DNA from: a virus
IMG/VR virus record: IMGVR_UViG_3300042453_005575
Coordinates: 1 to 64,000 of that record
Length of the DNA: 64,000 nucleotides
Reading direction: 5' to 3' (one strand)
Shown here one piece after another: positions 58,545 to 64,000 of the stretch (position 1 is its first letter; each line of letters opens with the position of its first letter). A program made the translations under genes and the position numbers. A model generated the notes under the pieces. It did no database searches, was not told the origin of the DNA, and saw only the letters and a list, made by a program, of their open reading frames with translations.

Positions 58545-58835
58545 TTTCGGTAGTAGAGTGTTCCGAAATAAGTAGTCTCTTTTTGCCTGTTAGTGTGTTA
58601 GAAGAGATTATGAAGCCGGTCGAGTTAAGCTACGATAAAACTACGACACCGAGCATTATATAAACACAGGCTTTGGACGGCGTTTTAGCCTTTTTGGGCT
58701 GGAACTCGTTAAGGAAGGGGACAATTTCCGGAGCAAACCCCCTTCGAACACTAACAATAATGTGGGCTGGTTCCCGATGACCCAGTGAGTCGGATATTTC
58801 CGACCGAAAACAAAATCGGAGGCACTTAAGCTTTT
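58545..58835 (+). ncRNA. Putative structured ncRNA
   Basis: Intergenic region with several hairpins and a 9-bp long-range pairing TGTTAGTGT (58588-58596) / ACACTAACA (58748-58756). Confidence 0.45.
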
Positions 58836-58855
58836 TAAACCTAAAAATTAAAATT

Positions 58856-59077
58856 ATGCCCAAACTCACTCTTAAAAAATTTCGAGAAATGACTGAAAAT
58901 CTTTCTGAAAACACTCTTTTGGCTTACCATAGTTTTGACAAAGGCCTTTGCTTGACTAGCTATCGTGTAGAAGATTTTTGGCTTTTCCCTAAAGACCATC
59001 CTAACAAAACTTTAATTGTGCTGAACCCTGCCTCAGATTATGACACTCGAGCTTCTCGAAAGGTTGAAGAAAAGTAA
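58856..59077 (+). CDS. Hypothetical protein
   Basis: 73-aa ORF. Confidence 0.55.
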   Translation: MPKLTLKKFREMTENLSENTLLAYHSFDKGLCLTSYRVEDFWLFPKDHPNKTLIVLNPASDYDTRASRKVEEK

Positions 59078-59150
59078 TTGCACGGTGTTTAAAACTATGC
59101 TATAGATAAAATATGGCCAGCACTAAATTTAACCTTTTGTACTTTATCTA

Positions 59151-59221
59151 GCGAAATTAGTTTAATGGTAGAACTGGACTCTTCCAAAGTCAGGACGAGG
59201 GTTCGATTCCCTCATTTCGCA
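59151..59221 (+). tRNA. tRNA-Gly(TCC)
   Basis: GCGAAAT/ATTTCGC, anticodon loop CTTCCAA. Confidence 0.92.
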
Positions 59222-59223
59222 GT

Positions 59224-59298
59224 GCCGGTGTAGCTCAGTGGTAGAGCGTCGGTTTTGTAAACCGTTGGTCGTCGGTTCGAATCCGACCGCTGGCTCCA
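59224..59298 (+). tRNA. tRNA-Thr(TGT)
   Basis: GCCGGTG/CGCTGGC-TCCA, anticodon loop TTTGTAA. Confidence 0.95.
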
Positions 59299-59306
59299 TT
59301 TATACT

Positions 59307-59378
59307 TTGCTCGTGGTGTAGCGGCTAGCATTACTCCTTGTGACGGAGTCGGGGCGGGTTCAAATCCCGTCGAGCAAC
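59307..59378 (+). tRNA. tRNA-His(GTG)
   Basis: TTGCTCG/CGAGCAA-C, ACTCC-TTGTGAC-GGAGT. Confidence 0.9.
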
Positions 59379-59443
59379 TTTATCAAATTAAATTTTAAAG
59401 AGCATACACCAAAAAAGCAGCCTGATTTTGTGAAGAGCTGTAT

Positions 59444-59515
59444 GTCCTCGTAGTGTAACGGTTAGCACAGCAGGTTTTCATCCTGCTAGTCGGAGTTCGA
59501 GTCTCCGCGAGGATG
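59444..59515 (+). tRNA. tRNA-Glu(TTC)
   Basis: GTCCTCG/CGAGGAT-G, GCAGG-TTTTCAT-CCTGC. Confidence 0.93.
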
Positions 59516-59564
59516 CGTTGTTCTTGTTGATCATTTCTATAAATAGCTTATAGTATCTTTTTAC

Positions 59565-60140
59565 ATGAAACTTCTATCTACAGAACCTTTCGGGAAGATA
59601 TATTTAAAAAATAAATATTTCGACTCTCCTGAAATAATTGATGCTTTGGTGTCAATAACTAGAAATGCTTTCTTTCCTCCTGAAAGAAAGCCGTACATAA
59701 CTAAAAAAGGAAGAACTGCGCAGTGGGCGTTTGATTTCAGAGTAGCTCTTTTTGAGCAGACCACGCGGGTATTCATGCCTCATCTAGCTAGATACCTAAG
59801 CGAACAAAACTACAGTACAATTGGTGTTAGAGGCTACGGAGCTTTCCCATTTATAGGATTATTACAATACCCTGGGATAAATAATATACTGGTTGTAAGA
59901 GAAAAAAGAAAACCTTACGCATTTCTCAAAGACATAGAGGGTGATGCAGACATTAATTCCCCAGTTTGTTTGCTAGAAGACCTCGTTAACAGCGGTAAAA
60001 GTTTAATGGTGGCCCACCAAATATTCGCTAGAAATAAATATAACGTAAACAAATATGTTTCTTTTCTTAATTTTGGTTGGAACACAAATAAGAAGTTGAA
60101 CGTAAGTTTATTAGATACTATTTTAGAACTGCACAGATAA
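59565..60140 (+). CDS. Type I phosphoribosyltransferase (PyrE-like)
   Basis: VREKRKPY...IEG, PRPP loop VCLLEDLVNSGKSL. Confidence 0.8.
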   Translation: MKLLSTEPFGKIYLKNKYFDSPEIIDALVSITRNAFFPPERKPYITKKGRTAQWAFDFRVALFEQTTRVFMPHLARYLSEQNYSTIGVRGYGAFPFIGLLQYPGINNILVVREKRKPYAFLKDIEGDADINSPVCLLEDLVNSGKSLMVAHQIFARNKYNVNKYVSFLNFGWNTNKKLNVSLLDTILELHR

Positions 60141-60147
60141 TAACACT

Positions 60148-60921
60148 ATGCCCGTTAAAACAATATGCGTGGTGCCTCATGGAGGTATTCTTATCAATGG
60201 TAGGGCGAATACAAAAAAAACTATAAAAGGGTTTGAATGCGTGGCTAAGAAACTAAGTAAGAAAAATATATCTCATCTTTTTATAGTAGACCCTCACGAT
60301 ATCATACACAGGCAAAAGTTTATGTGTTTTCTTTCATCTGTGTATAGTGAAGAAAAACCTGAGAGCAGAAATAAAATAGATCGTATATATATGGGTAGTG
60401 CTGCGCTTAATCTAGCGCTTTTATCTATAAAATCTAACTATATATCGCATAAAGTAGAAATAAACCACAATATAAAATGGGGGTCTTCTGTTCCTCTTTA
60501 CTTTTTATCAGGGAAAAACAGAAGCATTACAGTAGCCTCCATAGACCGAAAGATCCCCACAAACGATATACGAAAAGCTGGTTGCGAAATATTCGAATTA
60601 TTGAATAACCGGCAAGAAAATATTGCTATAGTGTTATCTTGCGATTTATCACACAGCCATTCTACCGAAAATCTTGATTTTCCTTACCACTGTAATTCAA
60701 AAATTTACGATGACCATGTTTATAATACTGTAAACATGCAAAAAATAGAAAATTATAATGATATACCTGACATTATTATTGAAACAGCTCGGACTGATGC
60801 TCACGCGCAGCTAACTATGCTCGCAGGAATATGCACTAAATATAGCTATTGCTCGAAAGTTTTTTCGTATGAAATTCCATCATACTATGGAATGCTCACA
60901 GGAATTATTGAATTAGAATAA
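60148..60921 (+). CDS. LigB/MEMO-like (class III extradiol dioxygenase fold) protein
   Basis: VVPHG, IVDPH, WGSSVPLYFL, SCDLSH, SYEIPSYYGM. Confidence 0.75.
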   Translation: MPVKTICVVPHGGILINGRANTKKTIKGFECVAKKLSKKNISHLFIVDPHDIIHRQKFMCFLSSVYSEEKPESRNKIDRIYMGSAALNLALLSIKSNYISHKVEINHNIKWGSSVPLYFLSGKNRSITVASIDRKIPTNDIRKAGCEIFELLNNRQENIAIVLSCDLSHSHSTENLDFPYHCNSKIYDDHVYNTVNMQKIENYNDIPDIIIETARTDAHAQLTMLAGICTKYSYCSKVFSYEIPSYYGMLTGIIELE

Positions 60922-60924
60922 AAA

Positions 60925-61122
60925 ATGCATTGTTTAGACAAAATTAAAACTTATGCGGTGAGAGTTGAACATAATGGAAAAATTTACGAGGGAACTGTTT
61001 GGAAATACCCGAGCAGCAGTAAATTTTATAGCTGGGCATTTGTAGACCCCAAAGGCGACTACCCTGAAAAAACAACAGAACATGAAATTGTGGAATATCT
61101 TCAAAAAAATTGGAAAGTCTAA
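60925..61122 (+). CDS. Hypothetical protein
   Basis: 65-aa ORF. Confidence 0.5.
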   Translation: MHCLDKIKTYAVRVEHNGKIYEGTVWKYPSSSKFYSWAFVDPKGDYPEKTTEHEIVEYLQKNWKV

Positions 61123-61381
61123 GACATATAGAATAGAAATCACGCAAGGTTGTGTTTATTTTCAAATGAAAATAAACGAAACTTTTATTGATGAGCTTAA
61201 TGAAAAAGAACAGTCTGAACTAGTTGATTATCTACTTATAAAATTAAAAGAATCTTATTCGCGGGGTGAAATAACTTTGCAGCGACTAATTGAAAATTTT
61301 GACTACGACGACTATCAATATGATTCTGTGCCGTGCGATCAGTGCGGTGACACAGTGTCTACTACAATTTGGAATATATGA
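61082..61381 (+). CDS. Hypothetical protein
   Basis: 99 aa; C-terminal CDQCGD. Confidence 0.6.
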   Translation: MKLWNIFKKIGKSKTYRIEITQGCVYFQMKINETFIDELNEKEQSELVDYLLIKLKESYSRGEITLQRLIENFDYDDYQYDSVPCDQCGDTVSTTIWNI

Positions 61382-61390
61382 ATATTACTT

Positions 61391-61690
61391 ATGACTTATG
61401 AGACATTTGAAAAAATAATTACGTCTTTACAAGATGGATCAAGCAAATACGATACACTGCATAGCCTAGGAATTGATTTACTGGCGTATGATGAACCTTA
61501 TCAAAATACTATATCCATTCTTATAGCTGAAGTTTTTGGCGAAACCGGTGCGGATTGGATTAATTGGTATTTGTACGAAAAATTCCCGCCAGGGTCTAAA
61601 GAACCGCTTAAAGCTTGGGACGAAAACAATAACGAAATTTGTTATGATGTTAAGTCTCTATGGGAGGTAATAAAAGATGCTCAATCTTGA
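61391..61690 (+). CDS. Conserved phage hypothetical protein
   Basis: G.DWINWYLYE...AWDEN.NEICYD..SLW. Confidence 0.75.
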   Translation: MTYETFEKIITSLQDGSSKYDTLHSLGIDLLAYDEPYQNTISILIAEVFGETGADWINWYLYEKFPPGSKEPLKAWDENNNEICYDVKSLWEVIKDAQS

Positions 61691-61889
61691 AGATTTGGAA
61701 CCTAGAAAAGATGAATTTGTCGGAAAAACGTTGAATGAATTGGTGAGTTTAATGAAATCTTTAGAAAGTTCGATATTTGATTCTCAATGCTACGGTGTAA
61801 ATGATGTCACATTGTTGCTGCGTATAAAAAGAGAATTATCGGATAGAAGCTACAACTGGGAAACTCTGGATAATGCGAGTCATAAATAA
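61677..61889 (+). CDS. Hypothetical protein
   Basis: 70-aa coupled ORF. Confidence 0.55.
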   Translation: MLNLEDLEPRKDEFVGKTLNELVSLMKSLESSIFDSQCYGVNDVTLLLRIKRELSDRSYNWETLDNASHK

Positions 61890-62003
61890 ATTATTTTTAC
61901 CTATATTAATTTTATTATTTAGTTACGCTCTTATGTTTTTTCTAACAAAACTAGGTGAAACAGCTATAAATTTTTATACGACAACTTATTCATTTAAATA
62001 ATC

Positions 62004-62288
62004 ATGAAAACCCCATCTCAAAAAGAAAAGATAGCCATGTATGAAAGTTTCCTCCATAAAATAAATACATTTGTCATCTTAGTAGATAACGAAGGCATTA
62101 AAGAGCTAGTCACAAACGCTGATAACTTTTCATATGCTCATAGGCGTGGAAATGGCGAACTCTCCGATCGCCAGCAACAAAGATTAATTAACAGCGCATT
62201 CTGGAAACTCTGTGACACGCCGGAGACAGATAGAAGAATAGCAGACAGGCAAAGAGCTTACACCCATAGCCGAGATGAGAATAGGTAG
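62004..62288 (+). CDS. Hypothetical protein
   Basis: 94 aa; SYAHRRGNGELSD. Confidence 0.65.
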   Translation: MKTPSQKEKIAMYESFLHKINTFVILVDNEGIKELVTNADNFSYAHRRGNGELSDRQQQRLINSAFWKLCDTPETDRRIADRQRAYTHSRDENR

Positions 62289-62817
62289 ATGGGAGCATAG
62301 TACAAAGCCGTCTGTGTTTATTGTTACAGAAAATGGAACAGAAATATATCGAGGAAATTATAAAGAAGGCAGCATTATCATGAATGAATTACAGCATAAT
62401 CCTGTACGCGACTTGAACAACGCTCGGAATTTACCGAGGGACACGCCAGAAATCGAGATAGTTCGAGGAAAAAATAATCCTGTAGCGGACTTCTTTTCCT
62501 CTCCAAGCACCACACCAGAGACAGACGCTGCAGTTAGGGCTAGTGAAGGCCAATGGTCTTTTATATTAAAAGAATGTTCTCAAAAATTAGAGTTAGAATT
62601 AAGAGAAGCGAAAGAGAAAATAAAAGCCCAGGAGGAGCAAATAAGCTTATTGAAAAAAGCCGCTAATTTTACAAATAATTTTAATTTTAGCGAAGAATTT
62701 TTTCAATGGCTTATGGCAAGTTCTTACGCGGCGTGCACTAGCGATATACATTTAGCCCTAAACGACGCTTGGGAGTCAGGTAAAAACGCAAAATTACAAC
62801 AAACGCATGACTGTTGA
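62275..62817 (+). CDS. Hypothetical protein
   Basis: 180 aa; TPETDA followed by a coiled coil. Confidence 0.6.
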   Translation: MRIGRWEHSTKPSVFIVTENGTEIYRGNYKEGSIIMNELQHNPVRDLNNARNLPRDTPEIEIVRGKNNPVADFFSSPSTTPETDAAVRASEGQWSFILKECSQKLELELREAKEKIKAQEEQISLLKKAANFTNNFNFSEEFFQWLMASSYAACTSDIHLALNDAWESGKNAKLQQTHDC

Positions 62818-63220
62818 AGAATTTTTGCAGATAAAAAATATAGATAAATTATCAGAACAAAGGCAAAAAATTTTTCACACCGCGGAAAAATTAAACACAG
62901 TGCTGTTTAATGACAAATATTGGGATTTATTAGGCTTAATTAACACCCAATGGTATTACATCACTACAATCAAAAAAAAATATATAATCCTCAACACGAC
63001 AGGCAATTTTAAACCATTTAAAAATATGAAAATTATCAGAGTATCTCCTTTTTCAGGCAAAACCAATGTGCGAGAAATTGATGTTACAGAAGAACAGATT
63101 AAACTCTGGGAAGGCGGCGAGCTAATTCAAAACGCTATGCCTAATGTGTCGCCAGGTGATAGAGAATTCATCAAATCAGGAATAACTGATGAAGAGTGGA
63201 ATGAAACTTTTGGAGAATAA
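62807..63220 (+). CDS. Hypothetical protein; the conserved small domain may start at 63026
   Basis: C-terminal MKIIRVSPFSGK...LIQNAMP....DREFIKSGIT.EEW is a common phage motif. Confidence 0.6.
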   Translation: MTVEEFLQIKNIDKLSEQRQKIFHTAEKLNTVLFNDKYWDLLGLINTQWYYITTIKKKYIILNTTGNFKPFKNMKIIRVSPFSGKTNVREIDVTEEQIKLWEGGELIQNAMPNVSPGDREFIKSGITDEEWNETFGE

Positions 63221-63224
63221 AACC

Positions 63225-64000
63225 ATGAAATTAGCGTCAATAGAAAGCATCGTATCGATTAAACCGCATTCAAACGCAGATAAACTCGAACTCGCCCAAG
63301 TTTTAGGGTGGCAAGTCGTGGTACAAAAAAGCATACACAAGCAAGGCGATAAAGTTGTGTTTATCCCGATAGACACAATCGTCCCCAGATGCGAGTGGTC
63401 AGAATTTCTTGTGGACAAGGATAGCCCGGACAAACCGATTAGGCTAAAAACTAAAAAATTAAGGGGAGAATATTCCGCTGGAATCATTGTTTCTCTCACT
63501 AATTTTCCAGCGTTCTTTCAAGAGCTGGAAATTGGTAAAGATGTAACTGAATATTTGGGGGTTACAAAATACATAAAAGAAATACCTGCCCATTTACAAG
63601 GAGAAACAGCTGGAGATTTTCCCACACATATATGTTCAAAAACAGACGAAGACAACGGTTTGTCTGATTTAGAACTTGTTCGAAAAACAACTACAAATAA
63701 TGAGGTTGTTGTTACACAGAAAATAGATGGAACGTCTATTTCAATTGTTTTTGACAATGGTGAAATTACACATGTCTGTTCTAGAAATTTATCAAAAAAA
63801 GAAACTACGGAAAGTGTGTACTGGAAAGCCGCCAGAGCGCTCAAGCAAGTTCCAGGTTTTACTGGAGTAATTCAAGGCGAATTAGCCGGAAATGGAATTC
63901 AGAAAAACCCTATGAAACTTGAAGGTATAGAATTGTTTGTGTTTCAGGTTAAAACAAAAGAAGGAGATTATTTAAATTACCAAGCGATGAAAGGTTTTTG
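63225..64000 (+). CDS. ATP-dependent RNA ligase (DRB0094/Rnl5-like), 3'-truncated
   Basis: Translated by hand: MKLASI...HSNADKLELAQVLGWQVVV, LRGEYSAG, KTDE, TQKIDGTS, CSRN, QGELAGNGIQKN. Confidence 0.88.
   Translation, partial: MKLASIESIVSIKPHSNADKLELAQVLGWQVVVQKSIHKQGDKVVFIPIDTIVPRCEWSEFLVDKDSPDKPIRLKTKKLRGEYSAGIIVSLTNFPAFFQELEIGKDVTEYLGVTKYIKEIPAHLQGETAGDFPTHICSKTDEDNGLSDLELVRKTTTNNEVVVTQKIDGTSISIVFDNGEITHVCSRNLSKKETTESVYWKAARALKQVPGFTGVIQGELAGNGIQKNPMKLEGIELFVFQVKTKEGDYLNYQAMKGF

Noticed and set aside
1-64000. CRISPR array, DGR, integrase/transposase, inteins, stop-codon reassignment
   Set aside because: No repeat-spacer array, reverse transcriptase, recombinase or intein motifs seen; core genes are full length in code 11 and all three stops are used.

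Overview
The window is part of a large, AT-rich dsDNA phage genome. Supporting evidence: a terminase large subunit, a full replication/recombination set (PolA, DnaB-like helicase, primase, SF2 helicase, SbcCD, RecA, RuvC-like, probable SSB), tmRNA, 7 tRNAs, many small hypothetical genes and standard code 11. Layout: (1) the 3' part of a giant Ig/FN3/glycan-binding protein followed by paralogous structural-type genes (1-14.8 kb); (2) an RNA-rich island with tmRNA (30-aa tag), tRNA-CAT, a cloverleaf RNA, a GOLLD-like large RNA and a pistol-like ribozyme (15.3-18.1 kb); (3) head/packaging genes and a Ycf46-DUF1257-DUF2997 cluster; (4) the replication module, which contains the main finding, a phage-encoded ubiquitin/ThiS-like system (Ubl ending GG-C, 692-aa protein, apparently inactive exonuclease, JAB peptidase, ThiF/E1) between PolA and SSB/RecA; (5) repair genes, tRNAs and an RNA ligase cut by the window end. 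All family calls come from motif recognition by eye; no database searches were run.
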